From Chlorobiaceae bacterium (lineage in GTDB: Bacteria > Bacteroidota > Chlorobiia > Chlorobiales > Chlorobiaceae): DNA of 64,000 bases. A model generated the notes under the pieces. It was not told where the DNA came from and ran no database searches. It saw only the letters and a program-made list of their open reading frames with translations. The translations under genes and the position numbers were made by a program. Positions 10,569 to 21,693 of this stretch are shown here, one piece after another. Positions within the stretch are counted from its first letter, which is position 1. Each line of letters opens with the position of its first letter. Where the stretch lies: the NCBI GenBank assembly GCA_013334565.1, contig JAAXXI010000008.1, positions 1,338-65,337 on the forward strand, written 5' to 3'.

Positions 10569-11771
10569 TTGGAGCAGAACACCTTTAACCAGTGCCCGAT
10601 CTGCGGGTTCCCGCTTACCGCAGAAAGCGCTGTATGTCCCCGGTGCGGAAACGATATACTCGAAGAGATCTCGTCGCTTGACCAGGATTCAAGGGATATA
10701 CACACTCACAATATTGAAGAAAAAAAAGCTGCATGGTATTCCCGCAGCCTGACGGACCTCCTTGAACCTCCCGGTCCGGATATTCCGCCCGTAATGGGAA
10801 AAATATCACCGGTTGAACCAATCCCCCGTGAAATTCCGGGCGGGATCAACACCGCGGAGCTTCGCAGCGCTTCGAGGACAACCCTTCTGCACGACAATGC
10901 CGCAAGGAAGCGGTGGTGGAACGCGTTGAGCCCCGACTGGAAAGAGGTCGTCAAATCGTCCCTGAAAATTTCAAGGGAACCATCCGACCAGGATTTGCTT
11001 GATTTTCTCCAGGTTACCCAGCTCAGGTGCGACAGCCGCAGGATTCATGACCTGCTGCCGGTCAGTGTGCTTGAAAACCTTCAGCAGCTTCGCTGTGACG
11101 AATCTCCCGTCGCCGATCTGGCACCGCTCGCCGGTCTCGGCAAGCTGCAGCGGCTTTACGCATTCGATTGCGATTTCTCGTCGCTTGAACCGCTGAAAAA
11201 CCTTCTGAGCCTGAAACTGCTCTGGATATCCAGCACTCAGGTTTCCTCCCTTGAGCCGTTGAAAAACCTCGTGAACCTCGAAGAGCTCTACTGCTCGGAA
11301 ACACTTGTTGAAGACCTGTCACCGATAGCCGAACTGGTGAACCTTGAAAAACTGAGCTGCTACAAAACAGGGATTTCATCTCTCGCTCCACTTTCGAAGC
11401 TTGAAACCCTCATAGAGCTCGGGATCAACAATACCGGCATATCCGATCTGGCCCCCGTCTCGGGCCTTGTGAACCTCGAATACCTCCGGTGCAGCAAAAC
11501 AGGCATCGAAACGGTCGAACCGCTCAGAGGCCTTACAAGCATCAGGGAGCTCAGTATCGCATTTACGCCGCTGGAGAACATCGATGCCCTGGGAAGCCTC
11601 ACCGACCTCGAAGAGCTCGATATATCCCATACCCTCGTCACCTCGATCGAACCGCTCATGCACCTGAAGCTGCTTGAAAAAATCGAACTTTCGGGAAGCA
11701 CCATTCCCAGGACGGAAATAGAGCGCTTCATCGAGCTTCATCCCGGATGCGATGTCCTGATCAAGCCCTGA
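10569..11771 (+). CDS. Leucine-rich repeat protein with N-terminal zinc ribbon
   Basis: CPICG-x8-CPRCG, then about ten 22-aa internalin-like LRRs (LxxLxxLxxLxxxxTxIxxLxP); TTG start. Confidence 0.85.
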   Translation: MEQNTFNQCPICGFPLTAESAVCPRCGNDILEEISSLDQDSRDIHTHNIEEKKAAWYSRSLTDLLEPPGPDIPPVMGKISPVEPIPREIPGGINTAELRSASRTTLLHDNAARKRWWNALSPDWKEVVKSSLKISREPSDQDLLDFLQVTQLRCDSRRIHDLLPVSVLENLQQLRCDESPVADLAPLAGLGKLQRLYAFDCDFSSLEPLKNLLSLKLLWISSTQVSSLEPLKNLVNLEELYCSETLVEDLSPIAELVNLEKLSCYKTGISSLAPLSKLETLIELGINNTGISDLAPVSGLVNLEYLRCSKTGIETVEPLRGLTSIRELSIAFTPLENIDALGSLTDLEELDISHTLVTSIEPLMHLKLLEKIELSGSTIPRTEIERFIELHPGCDVLIKP

Positions 11772-11883
11772 AGGAGCACAAACGGAAGAAGCGGGCATGA
11801 TAACCCGCTTCCCCTGCTGTCTGCATAATTCGCCGCAATTCTTTTCATGGATCCCTTTCAGGCCCCGTCTGCAAACCTTTATT

Positions 11884-13404
11884 TCAGGCCAGCGTACCGA
11901 GTTGACGGAACGAATCGTCCTCGACCCTGCTGTGGAGGCTGTTACCGTGGGCATCCATGGTAACAATCGCCGGAAACGATTTCACCTCGAAATGCCACAT
12001 CGCTTCAGGAACGCCCATCTCCTCGAGGAAATCGACACCGGTGACTTTTTCAATGCACTTTGCATAATATTGAGCAGCACCGCCGATGGCATTGAGATAG
12101 ACGGCCCCGTAATCTTCAAGCCCTTTCAGGGTTTTCGGACCCATACCGCCCTTCCCGATAATCGCCCGTAATCTGAGCTTCCTGATGACGTCGGCCTGGT
12201 ATGGCTCCTCCCTGATCGATGTCGTCGGCCCCGCAGCGGTTACCCGGTAGCTTCCGTCTTCATTTTTCAGGACGACCGGTCCACAGTGGAAAAGAATGCC
12301 GCCTTCGGTATCAAGGTGCTCCGGCAGGTCGTGGTGCATCATATGATGGTGGAACGCATCGCGTCCGGTATGCATCGGTCCGTTGACAATCACCATATCA
12401 CCGACTTTGAGGCTTCTAACCTGCTCCTCGCTAAGCGGGGCCTGCAGGACAATCTCGCTGCCTGTCAGGGGTATGCCTTCACCTGCCGACATGCGGGTAA
12501 TTTCCGAAGCGTCACGGTACTGCCAGGAAGTGATGGAGCCGCTTGCCGGATCGACCAGTATCCCGAGGCGTCTGTATGCCCAACAGTTGTAGGCTACCGA
12601 AACATAAAAACTCGCGGGCACCCTGTGTGATTTCCCGATCTTGCATCCCAGGAGGGTTGCTTTCCCGCCGAAGCCCATCGGCCCGATATCGAGCGTATTT
12701 GCTTTCCGGAGGATCTCCTGCTCGAGCTGGTCAAGTTCCGCATCAGGGTTCCGGTCGTCAATCCGTCTGAAAAGCTGTTTTTTTGCAAGCTCGAACCCGC
12801 TCGTCCTGTCCCCGCCGATACCAACGCCGATGAACCCCGGGCTGCATCCCTGGCCCTGGGCCTGGAAAACCGCGTGCAGGAGGCATTTGCGAACGCCGTC
12901 GATATCGCGTGAAGCCCTGCCCAGACCGGGAATTTCAGCCGGCAGTGAGTACTGCATATTTTTGTTTTCACATCCCCCGCCCTTCAGGATCAGTCGAACC
13001 TCGACGGCATTTTCAGCCCAGGGCTCGAAATGGATGACCGGGAAATGTTCGCCGAGATTGTTGCCGGAATTTTTTCCGGTTATCGCATCGACCGCGTTTG
13101 GACGGAGCTTGCCTGATTTCGATACTTCGGCGACTGCTTCCTGGATATCCTTTTTCATCTGAAGCTGATCGACACCGGATGGGGCATGGATGAAAAAGGT
13201 CGGCATGCCGGTATCCTGGCAGACAGGCGACACATTGTCCACCGCCATATCGATATTCACCGAAATAGCCGACATGGCAAGTCCCGCCTGGGAAGACGGG
13301 TCCTCATTCGAGATCGCGTCCGACAATGCCGCCCTGACATCGCTTGGAAGGTTTGCCGACGTTTCGGTAATAAGCGCAATGATTGAATCCCTGAAATTTT
13401 TCAT
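11884..13404 (-). CDS. Fumarate hydratase class I (Fe-S)
   Basis: PVCQDTG, KGGGCEN, GRDAFH, GPTTS and IGKGGMG motifs. Confidence 0.93.
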   Translation of the reverse strand: MKNFRDSIIALITETSANLPSDVRAALSDAISNEDPSSQAGLAMSAISVNIDMAVDNVSPVCQDTGMPTFFIHAPSGVDQLQMKKDIQEAVAEVSKSGKLRPNAVDAITGKNSGNNLGEHFPVIHFEPWAENAVEVRLILKGGGCENKNMQYSLPAEIPGLGRASRDIDGVRKCLLHAVFQAQGQGCSPGFIGVGIGGDRTSGFELAKKQLFRRIDDRNPDAELDQLEQEILRKANTLDIGPMGFGGKATLLGCKIGKSHRVPASFYVSVAYNCWAYRRLGILVDPASGSITSWQYRDASEITRMSAGEGIPLTGSEIVLQAPLSEEQVRSLKVGDMVIVNGPMHTGRDAFHHHMMHHDLPEHLDTEGGILFHCGPVVLKNEDGSYRVTAAGPTTSIREEPYQADVIRKLRLRAIIGKGGMGPKTLKGLEDYGAVYLNAIGGAAQYYAKCIEKVTGVDFLEEMGVPEAMWHFEVKSFPAIVTMDAHGNSLHSRVEDDSFRQLGTLA

Positions 13405-13446
13405 AAACCGGATGCTCTGATATTGTGGAAACTTGTCGGATGAATG

Positions 13447-13914
13447 TTAGTCGGAAACGATTTTGTCGGCGGCCTGCTCTTTGACAAGCAGGACGGGAAC
13501 CCCGGAAGAGCGGAAAACCTCCTCTGCCACACTTCCCATGATAAGCCTCGTGAGGCCGGTGCGGCCGTGGGAACCCATGATGATAAGGTCAGCGCCCCAG
13601 GATGCGGCATGGTCGGATATGACCTTGTGGGCCTCTTCTCCCTTGAGCATGAAAATATCGGCGCTCAGCCCTTTCTTTTTCTCGGTCATCAGCACCCGGG
13701 AAAATTTCTCGGGAATTCCCTCTTCATGCTCCGCGCCCGTCATTTCAGGTGACACCTGCGCATCGGTTTTCTGCTGAGGGTTATTCGGAGTGGCGATATG
13801 GAGGAAACGGACATGTGCTCCGACCCTGCGGGCAAATTCGACGGCATATCGGACAGCGTTGTCGGAAGTCGGGGAAAAGTCGGTAGGGCAGAGGATTTTT
13901 CCAAGTTGTATCAT
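13447..13914 (-). CDS. Universal stress protein (UspA family)
   Basis: ILCPTDFS, ADLIIMGSHGRTG, GSVAEEV. Confidence 0.92.
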   Translation of the reverse strand: MIQLGKILCPTDFSPTSDNAVRYAVEFARRVGAHVRFLHIATPNNPQQKTDAQVSPEMTGAEHEEGIPEKFSRVLMTEKKKGLSADIFMLKGEEAHKVISDHAASWGADLIIMGSHGRTGLTRLIMGSVAEEVFRSSGVPVLLVKEQAADKIVSD

Positions 13915-14043
13915 GGACGTAAATCAGGGCAAGGTTAAAGGAAAAGAACTTTTTCGAGAAACGTTGAATTTACATTTTTTTATACGGATTCCATCGCAAC
14001 ATCAAGAATGACAGCCTTTTTCACGCCAACACTGCTCGTGAAG

Positions 14044-14072
14044 TTGCCCATCCTTTCCAACTCCCGTATATT
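14044..14072 (+). promoter_or_regulatory. Putative sigma70 promoter
   Basis: TTGCCC-17 nt-TATATT, about 55 nt upstream of ATG 14127. Confidence 0.45.
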
Positions 14073-14126
14073 GTTTCAGAGGCGAAAGCAGCAAGCCCGA
14101 CTCCCTTGAAGTCCGAACACACGGTC

Positions 14127-15692
14127 ATGGACCCTCTGACACAGGCATTGAGCCACCCGGCAGCCTACCCTCACCCGACAGGGGTGGTTGACGTCGTCGA
14201 GACCCACATTTCCAGGATATTTCTTGCAGGACCATGGGCATACAAGCTCAAGAAAGCGGTCAACCTCGGGTTCCTCGATTTTTCAACCCTTGAAAAACGA
14301 AAGCACTTCTGCAACGAAGAACTTCGTCTCAACCGCAGGCTCTGCCCCGAAATCTACCAGGCTGTCGTACCTGTGCTCCGGTCAGGCAGCGATTTTTTTC
14401 TGGCCGGCAGCAAGAGGAAGGGAAAAGTTGTCGATTACCTGGTAAAAATGGTCCGGTTCGACCGGACGATGGAACTTGACCGGATGCTCTCGAACAGACT
14501 GCTCACCAGAGAGCTTGTCGACAAAATCTCGCAAACCGTATCGGCATTCCACAGGACAATTCCGTCCGCTCCGGAAAATACCCCGTTCGGCCTGCCCGAT
14601 ACGATCATCGGTCCGGTGCTGGCAAATTTCATCCATACCGGGGAAATCACGAAGGACCGCAAGGAGATCGAACTGCTTGAAAAACTGAAATCCTGGACGC
14701 TCAGAGAGCATGAACGGCTCTCCCCGCTCTTCCTCCTCAGGAAAAGCACAGGTTTCGTCCGTCATTGCCATGGCGACATGCATACGGGAAACATGGTCCT
14801 GTGGCAGGGACGGATCTGCATTTTCGACTGCATCGAGTTCAACGAGGTCCTCAGCATGATCGACGTGCTGAGCGACCTTGCGTTTCTTTATATGGACCTG
14901 AAGCACGGTGGAGAACCGGGGCTCGCATGGAGGCTGCTGAACAGCTACCTCTCCGATACCGGCGATTATGCCGCTCTGCCCCTTCTTGGCTACTATACCG
15001 TCTACAGGGCCATGGTGAGGGCAAAGGTGACGGCAATCCGTTATGTCCAGACGATGCATGAAAGGCCCGACAACAAGGTGCTCGAGGAACACCGCTCATA
15101 TATCAGGTTCGCGGATGAGTGCAGCGGAAAACGACCGCCCATGCTGCTGATCACCTGCGGGTTTTCCGGCAGCGGCAAAACCACCGTTTCCGCAGAAATT
15201 GCCTCGCAGCTCGAATGCCTGCACATCCGCTCCGACATAGAACGCAAGAGGATTGCCGGACTTGAACCGCTCGACCGCTGCCGCGAAGGAGATACCGCAG
15301 TGCTCTATTCACAGGGATCGAGCGATGAAACCTACCGGAAACTCCTTGAAATTTCCAGAATTTCTCTCGAAGAAGGTATTCCGGTGATTGCCGACGCCAC
15401 GTTCCTTGAAAAGGAAAAAAGAGCGATGTTCAGGAAAACTGCCGAAAAGGCGGGATGCCCCTTCAGGATACTCCGGTTCCATGCGCCAGAAAAGGAACTG
15501 GTCGAACGGGTAAGAAAAAGGATGATGGACAACCGGGATGCATCGGATGCCGACCTCGCGGTCCTGCGGCTGCAACTGGAAAAGGGCGAGGGGTTCGGCG
15601 AAGAGGAAAAATCACTGGTAATGGATATCGACACCTCCCGCACGGTCGATTGTGAAGCCGCAGCCCGGGAACTGAAAACACTCATTTCCTGA
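14127..15692 (+). CDS. Bifunctional aminoglycoside-phosphotransferase-like / P-loop (AAA_33) kinase
   Basis: ETHIS, HGDMH and FDCIEF kinase motifs; C-terminal GFSGSGKT P-loop; SDAD. Confidence 0.85.
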   Translation: MDPLTQALSHPAAYPHPTGVVDVVETHISRIFLAGPWAYKLKKAVNLGFLDFSTLEKRKHFCNEELRLNRRLCPEIYQAVVPVLRSGSDFFLAGSKRKGKVVDYLVKMVRFDRTMELDRMLSNRLLTRELVDKISQTVSAFHRTIPSAPENTPFGLPDTIIGPVLANFIHTGEITKDRKEIELLEKLKSWTLREHERLSPLFLLRKSTGFVRHCHGDMHTGNMVLWQGRICIFDCIEFNEVLSMIDVLSDLAFLYMDLKHGGEPGLAWRLLNSYLSDTGDYAALPLLGYYTVYRAMVRAKVTAIRYVQTMHERPDNKVLEEHRSYIRFADECSGKRPPMLLITCGFSGSGKTTVSAEIASQLECLHIRSDIERKRIAGLEPLDRCREGDTAVLYSQGSSDETYRKLLEISRISLEEGIPVIADATFLEKEKRAMFRKTAEKAGCPFRILRFHAPEKELVERVRKRMMDNRDASDADLAVLRLQLEKGEGFGEEEKSLVMDIDTSRTVDCEAAARELKTLIS

Positions 15693-15737
15693 ACGGTCCC
15701 GGGCCCGGCGGCATTGCCGCCCTGCGCAAGGCGCCCC

Positions 15738-16613
15738 TTACCTGATCATGCCGTAGCCGAAATGGATACCGTAACCGGCAAGGATACAGATCAGCGAAAC
15801 AAAGACAACGAGTCCGATAACCTCGAAAAAGCGGCTTCGGAACGGCCTGTTCCTGCAGACGGCGATATAGAAGCTGAAAAAGCCGGTAATGCAGAGCGCA
15901 GAAAAGAGGGTGATGCCGAAACAGATGAAGATGTTGCTGAAAAGCAGGTACGGGAAAACAAGCAGCGCCACGATGATGATATAGGCGAAACCGGCGGATA
16001 CGGCCGCCCTGAAAGGGCTACCGCCGGGCATATCCGATTTTTCGGAGAAAAACCTCGAGGCGCCCATGGCAACAGCGGCAGAGAGGCCGGCAACCGATGC
16101 CGTAAGGGCGACAAGGACGCTGTCCTGCAGGGCGAAGGTAAGGCCCGCAACGATACCGATCATCTCGACGAGAGCATTGTTGAACCCGAGCACCAGCGAT
16201 GCCGTGGAGTTCATCAGGTCCTCGTCAAGAAGCGAGAGCAGTGCCTGCTCGTGCTCTTCCTCATCCCGGATGATCCCGTTGATCTCCTTGTACAAACCGG
16301 GGATCCTGCTGTAAAGGTCGTGGGATTTCTTTTCGGATTTCTCCATGAGCTTGATGCCGAACAGAAGTCCGAACACCGAACTGACAAACGCATAGAACCA
16401 GACCTTGACACGGCGGGGGCTGACATCTTTCTGGGTATAGTTTTTCCAGATGGAATAATGCCGCATTTCATCATCCGCAATCTGCGCCATGATCCTGCGG
16501 TTCTTCACGCCGGTGATCCGCCCTGCCAGGTTCTTGTAGATGTAATGGTCGGTCAGCTCGTTCCTCTGGAAAATCACGGCTTCCCTTGATTCGAAATCTC
16601 TTCCCTTTTTCAC
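15738..16613 (-). CDS. Ferritin/rubrerythrin-like domain fused to VIT1/CCC1 membrane domain (putative iron exporter)
   Basis: ExxH motifs (DEMRH, EEEHE) followed by LGFNNALVE and about five TM helices. Confidence 0.75.
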   Translation of the reverse strand: MKKGRDFESREAVIFQRNELTDHYIYKNLAGRITGVKNRRIMAQIADDEMRHYSIWKNYTQKDVSPRRVKVWFYAFVSSVFGLLFGIKLMEKSEKKSHDLYSRIPGLYKEINGIIRDEEEHEQALLSLLDEDLMNSTASLVLGFNNALVEMIGIVAGLTFALQDSVLVALTASVAGLSAAVAMGASRFFSEKSDMPGGSPFRAAVSAGFAYIIIVALLVFPYLLFSNIFICFGITLFSALCITGFFSFYIAVCRNRPFRSRFFEVIGLVVFVSLICILAGYGIHFGYGMIR

Positions 16614-16644
16614 GAATTCACTGGTTAATTGTTTTTGAATCCAC

Positions 16645-18516
16645 TCACCTGGAGAGCGTCGCAGCCTCGATCAGTTCGTTCATCCTTCCGAGGAACGCCG
16701 TCGTGGAATCGAGGCTTCCCTCGAGCATGAGCGCACCTTCGAAAAGCTGGTTCACAACGGTCCGGAGCAGAGGGTTGCTTTCATTGGCAATCAGCATGCC
16801 GGAAAGGTTCCTGACGATCGGATGCGATGTGTTGACCTCGAGTATGCGTTTTCCGGCAGGGACATCCTGTTGCATCATTTTCATCATCTTTTCCATCTGG
16901 CTGTCGAAAGCGTTTTTTCCGCTCACCAGCGTGACGGGCGAACTGACAAGCCGGTGCGATTCCACGACATCCTCGATCCGGTCCCCGAGCGTATCCCGGA
17001 AAAGCTTCAGGACCGGCTCCAGCAGATTGCCGACAAGAGGTTCCGCCTGTCCCGCTTTGCGTTTTGAAAAATCAATATCCGCTTTTTCAATCGATTTCAG
17101 CGGCTTTTTATCATACTCGTGGATCGATGGTATCACAAATACATCGACAGGATCGCTGAGCAGGAGCACCTCGATCCCCATATCCTGGAAATATTCGAGG
17201 TTCGGATGCGCGAGAAGCTGCTCGCGGCTCGCTCCAGAATGATAATATATCTCTTTCTGGTCTTCGGGCATCCTCGCGGCGTACTCCTTCAGGGTGACGA
17301 ACTCGTCCTGCGCTGTTTTCGTGCTTTCAAACCGGAGAAGTTCGATAAGTTTCTCCCGGTTGGTAAAATCCGTGTTCAGCCCGATTTTCACAATAGGCCC
17401 GAAAGCCTTGTAGAAAGTCCTGAACTTTTCAGGTTGCTCCTTCGCAAGCTCCTCGAACCAGCCGAGGATTTTTCCTGTCAGGATCTGCCTGATTTTCGCA
17501 AGCACCGGGCTGGTCTGGACAACTTCCCTTGAAACATTCAGCGGCAGGTCTTCCGTATCGACAACGCCGGCGATGAACCTGAGGTATTCAGGCAGCAGGT
17601 CGCGGCACTCGTGCTGGATCATCACCTTGCGGACATAGAGCTGGGGACCGCGGTTCTCGAGCTCGCTCTGGCGGTACAGCAGGTCCATTGGAGCTTCTTT
17701 CGGCAGGAACAGGAGGGCTTTGAACGCGACCGCGCCCTCGACGGAAACCTGCAGGTAATCGAGCGGGTCCTGATAATCGCCCGCGATGAACTTGTAAAAT
17801 TCCGCGGCATCAGCCTCTTTCAGCTCGTTTTTTGGACGCTGCCAGAGTGCCGTCACGGTATTGACCTGTTTGCCGTCGAGATAGATCGGAAAATCGACAA
17901 AGTTGGAATACTTCCTGATAATCTGCTCGACGCGGTACTCTTCGGCAAACTCACGGAACTCCTCCTTCAGGGTGAACGTAATCTTCGTTCCCCGTTCCGT
18001 CCGCTCCGTCTCTTCGATCGTATAGGAGCCCTGCCCGCCGGAACGCCAGCGGTACCCTTTCGAATCGGGTTGCGAGCTTCTCGTTTCGACCGTAACCTCG
18101 TCAGTGACCATGAACACCGAATAGAAACCGACGCCGAACTGGCCGATGAGGTTTCCGTCCAGCTCTTTCTGCTGCTCTTTCAATGCCTGCATGAAACCGA
18201 GCGTGCCCGATTTCGCGACCGTTCCGAGATTGGCGACAAGATCTTCCTCGCTCATGCCGATGCCGCTGTCTTCGATGGCGAAGGCACCGCTCTCCTTGTC
18301 TATGGAAATCCTCACGGCGAGTTCGGCATCCCTGTCGAGAAGGTCTTCTGCCGTAAGAGCGTTGAAACGGACCTTGTTGAGGGCGTCGGAAGCATTGGAT
18401 ATCAATTCCCTGAGAAAAATTTCAGGATGGGTATAGAGCGAATGAACGATCAGGTCCAGAAGCTGTTTCATTTCCGCCTTGTACTCGAATTCCCGAACCG
18501 AAGAACCAGTATTCAT
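16645..18516 (-). CDS. htpG: Hsp90 chaperone HtpG
   Basis: [38 protein letters not shown]. Confidence 0.97.
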   Translation of the reverse strand: MNTGSSVREFEYKAEMKQLLDLIVHSLYTHPEIFLRELISNASDALNKVRFNALTAEDLLDRDAELAVRISIDKESGAFAIEDSGIGMSEEDLVANLGTVAKSGTLGFMQALKEQQKELDGNLIGQFGVGFYSVFMVTDEVTVETRSSQPDSKGYRWRSGGQGSYTIEETERTERGTKITFTLKEEFREFAEEYRVEQIIRKYSNFVDFPIYLDGKQVNTVTALWQRPKNELKEADAAEFYKFIAGDYQDPLDYLQVSVEGAVAFKALLFLPKEAPMDLLYRQSELENRGPQLYVRKVMIQHECRDLLPEYLRFIAGVVDTEDLPLNVSREVVQTSPVLAKIRQILTGKILGWFEELAKEQPEKFRTFYKAFGPIVKIGLNTDFTNREKLIELLRFESTKTAQDEFVTLKEYAARMPEDQKEIYYHSGASREQLLAHPNLEYFQDMGIEVLLLSDPVDVFVIPSIHEYDKKPLKSIEKADIDFSKRKAGQAEPLVGNLLEPVLKLFRDTLGDRIEDVVESHRLVSSPVTLVSGKNAFDSQMEKMMKMMQQDVPAGKRILEVNTSHPIVRNLSGMLIANESNPLLRTVVNQLFEGALMLEGSLDSTTAFLGRMNELIEAATLSR

Positions 18517-18756
18517 CGTTGAATCTTTTTTCAAAATTATCGTTTGCTGAAAAACCAAGACGATTGCCTGAACATAACAGCCCCGGAAGTCTCAACCGGC
18601 AGCATCAGGCAATCGAGGGGTAAATTTAAAGCAGTGAAGTAAATATAGCAAGCTGGATGAAAGTGTTTATTGCAGGCAGGCGAAAACACTGCATGAAAAC
18701 CGGAGGACAAAACTGCCGGATGAACCTGAGCCAGGTAACTCAGGCATATCAGCTTG

Positions 18757-20643
18757 TTAACGTGATGAGGCTTGCGCGCTGTAACCGTTTTTCCTGGCTT
18801 TCGCATACCATTCGGCAGCCCTGGCGTTGTCCTGCGGGACACCGAGCCCGTTCCGGTAAGCTTCTCCGAGCTTGAACTGCGCAGGGGCATACCCCTGCAG
18901 TGCGGCCTTCCGGAACAAACCGAACGACTGTTCCGGATCTTTCGGCAGGGCCCGGCCGTTTTCATACATCATGCCAAGCCGGTATTGAGCGGCAGCGAAC
19001 CCCCGCTCTGAAGCAAGACGGTACAACCTGACCGCTTCGGCATAATCCTTCGGCACGCCAAGCCCTCGTTCATACATTTCCCCGAGGTTGCACTGACCGG
19101 GGGCGCTGCCCTGCCGGCAGGCGAGGTTCAGCCATTTGAGGGCCTCTGCGTAATCTCTTGGCACTCCCTGCCCTTTTATATACAACATGGCCAGGCTGTT
19201 CTGAGCCGAAGTATTGTTCTGCAATGCGGCCTGGCGGTACCATCTTGCGGCTTCGAGCAGGTCCTTCGGAACCCCGGTGCCATTTTCATACGCTGCTCCG
19301 ATGCCGTACTGAGCAGCGGTGTCACCTTTCTCGGCCGCCTGGCGGATCCTCTTCAGGGCATCATCCGGCGTCTCCGTTGTTTCGCCTCGTTTCCGCGCAG
19401 GGGCTGGTACCGCCTGTTTTTCAATGGCAAGAGTTTTCTTTGCCGAAGCTTCGCCTGTATCAGGTTTTCGGGCCATCTTCTCCTGCGTTGCCTTCCCGTG
19501 CTCATCCGCTTTCAGGAAATCCATCCCGGGGGAAGTTGCTGCCTGCTGAAAAACCGGAGGAAAACTTCCGAAAAACCGCACAACCCGTTTGCGGAAAACG
19601 GCACTCTTTTCATGAAGCTTTTCATGGGCCATATCCAGCGCTCCGGCGAAATGCTTTGCCGCTGCAGGAACCTGAATGGCGGACAACGGAGGAACCGCCT
19701 CAAATATGGTGGACGAGATGGACTCCCGAGAGTCTGTCACTCCCTGTAACGAATCTCCTTTTGGATGTTTCGGAGGGTAACGTCGGGATAACGCGGCCAG
19801 CTGCCTGCGGTCAAGCGGATTGCTATGGTATGTTTTTTCGTGGTTATAGGTCAGAAGCGCCTCATTGCGGATTGTTTCCATGCGTTGCTGCGCAGTGGGC
19901 TCCGATGTCGCCTGCTTTGCTGCGGTTGAAGCCGCTGCGAGCTTGTCGGCTTCATGCTTTGCGGAGGCAAGTGCCTGTTCCGAAGCCAGACGATACCATC
20001 TGGAGGCCTGTTCGCTGTTCCTTGGCACACCGCGGCCATACTGGTAGAGAGAGGCGAGGCTGTTCTGGGCCGGCAGGTAACCCTGCCGGGCAGCAAGAAG
20101 GTACCAATTGAATGCCTGCGAATAATTACGCGGAACTCCCAGCCCTTTCTCATACACGGCCCCGAGATTGTACTGCCCGGCAGGCAGCCCTTTTTCGGCG
20201 GCCAGCCAGAACCAGTTGAACGCTTCCTTCCCGTTTCTCGGCACACCCAGCCCGTTTATGTATAGCTCGCCGATACCATTGAGCGCCTCGGGATAATTCT
20301 GCTGCGCCGAGAGACGGTACCACCTGACGGCCTGGGCATAGTCCATGAAAACACCCCGCCCCTTTTCATATGCCAGCCCAAGCTGGTATTGCGCACCGGG
20401 ATGGCCTTTCTCGGCCGCCATCCTGAACCATCTGACACCTTCAGAAGCATCCTGCCTTATGCCATTTCCAGTTGATAAGGCGACCCCGAGGCTGTATTGC
20501 GCAACAGGATTGCCATTGGCGGCTTCGATCTGCAATTCCGTAATCTTCACACCGATAGAATCTGCCGATGATTCACCCCATGCCGTCCTGAAGGCCGCAA
20601 AAGAAATTATCGCGATAAAAAAGAAGACGAGGGGGCGCTTCAT
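18757..20643 (-). CDS. Secreted Sel1-like repeat protein
   Basis: Signal peptide; ten Sel1 repeats (AQYxLG...GxGVxxDxxxAxxWY) in two blocks of five. Confidence 0.88.
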   Translation of the reverse strand: MKRPLVFFFIAIISFAAFRTAWGESSADSIGVKITELQIEAANGNPVAQYSLGVALSTGNGIRQDASEGVRWFRMAAEKGHPGAQYQLGLAYEKGRGVFMDYAQAVRWYRLSAQQNYPEALNGIGELYINGLGVPRNGKEAFNWFWLAAEKGLPAGQYNLGAVYEKGLGVPRNYSQAFNWYLLAARQGYLPAQNSLASLYQYGRGVPRNSEQASRWYRLASEQALASAKHEADKLAAASTAAKQATSEPTAQQRMETIRNEALLTYNHEKTYHSNPLDRRQLAALSRRYPPKHPKGDSLQGVTDSRESISSTIFEAVPPLSAIQVPAAAKHFAGALDMAHEKLHEKSAVFRKRVVRFFGSFPPVFQQAATSPGMDFLKADEHGKATQEKMARKPDTGEASAKKTLAIEKQAVPAPARKRGETTETPDDALKRIRQAAEKGDTAAQYGIGAAYENGTGVPKDLLEAARWYRQAALQNNTSAQNSLAMLYIKGQGVPRDYAEALKWLNLACRQGSAPGQCNLGEMYERGLGVPKDYAEAVRLYRLASERGFAAAQYRLGMMYENGRALPKDPEQSFGLFRKAALQGYAPAQFKLGEAYRNGLGVPQDNARAAEWYAKARKNGYSAQASSR

Positions 20644-20733
20644 TGTCACAATCGCTTGCTTGATCGAAAAAAACGGCTATTGAACAAATATCGTCAATAG
20701 CCGCTTCAATTCGTGATTCCTTTTCCGCAATGT

Positions 20734-21603
20734 TCAGGACCTTCTGAGTTTTTTCCTTGCCGCGGCTTCACCGTCATAAACCCTTTTGACACCATCCCCA
20801 AGGGCTTTTTCAATATCCCTGGTGTTCGATACCAGTCGGCTCATCCCCGACAGCTCGACCGATGCCGCCTGGTCCGAACCCCACATCGCCCGGTCAAGCG
20901 TGATATGCCTTTCGATGAAAACCGCCCCGATAGCCACCGCTGCCCAGGTTGTGGCAAGCCCGACCTCGTGACCGGAATAGCCGACAGGAATATCCGGATA
21001 AAGGGTTTTGTAGGTATTGATCATCCTCAGATTCAGTTCATCGACCGGGCAAGGGTAGGTGGAATTCGTATGGGCAAGGAGAAGATTTTTCCTGTCAAGT
21101 TCGGAAACGGCCTTTTGAACCTCTTCCATGGTGGACATTCCGGTTGAAATGATCAGCGGCCTTCCCGTTTCGGAGGTTTTCTTCAGGAGCCCGATATCGG
21201 TAAGCGAAGCCGAAGCGCCCTTGTAACAGGGAGGATCGAACTGTTCCATGAAATCGACCGATTCCTCATCCCAGCATGAGGCAAACCATAAAATACCATG
21301 TTCCCTGCAGCAACGGTCTATCTCGCCGTACTCTTCCCTCCCGAATTCAACCTTGTACCGGTAATCGATATACTTCATACGGCCCCAGGGCGTATCCCGC
21401 TCGATGTCCCGCTGCTCTTTGGGAACGCAGAGGTCTGGGGTGCGTTTCTGGAACTTAACCGCATCGCAGCCGGCAAGCGCGGCACCCTCGATGAGCTTTT
21501 TCGCGACATCGAGCGAACCGTTGTGATTGATGCCGATTTCCGCGATGATAAATACCGGATGCCCGTCGCCAACCTTGCGGTTACCAATTGTTAATTCTGC
21601 CAT
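20734..21603 (-). CDS. NeuB-family nonulosonic acid (9-phosphate) synthase
   Basis: IIAEIGINHNG, AVKFQK, STGMS, STYP, GYSGHE, ERHITLD; lacks the C-terminal antifreeze-like domain. Confidence 0.88.
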   Translation of the reverse strand: MAELTIGNRKVGDGHPVFIIAEIGINHNGSLDVAKKLIEGAALAGCDAVKFQKRTPDLCVPKEQRDIERDTPWGRMKYIDYRYKVEFGREEYGEIDRCCREHGILWFASCWDEESVDFMEQFDPPCYKGASASLTDIGLLKKTSETGRPLIISTGMSTMEEVQKAVSELDRKNLLLAHTNSTYPCPVDELNLRMINTYKTLYPDIPVGYSGHEVGLATTWAAVAIGAVFIERHITLDRAMWGSDQAASVELSGMSRLVSNTRDIEKALGDGVKRVYDGEAAARKKLRRS

Positions 21604-21693
21604 AATTTTCCGGAATGAAGCTTACGGGGCTCATGGCTGTCAGGATGCCCCTTTCGCAGTGTTATATTGAATTGAAAATGAAAGCCGGGCTTG

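Noticed and set aside
18595-18630. CIRCE-like sequence upstream of htpG
   Set aside because: Only one half-site (ttacccctc) is similar; spacing and the second half do not fit TTAGCACTC-N9-GAGTGCTAA.
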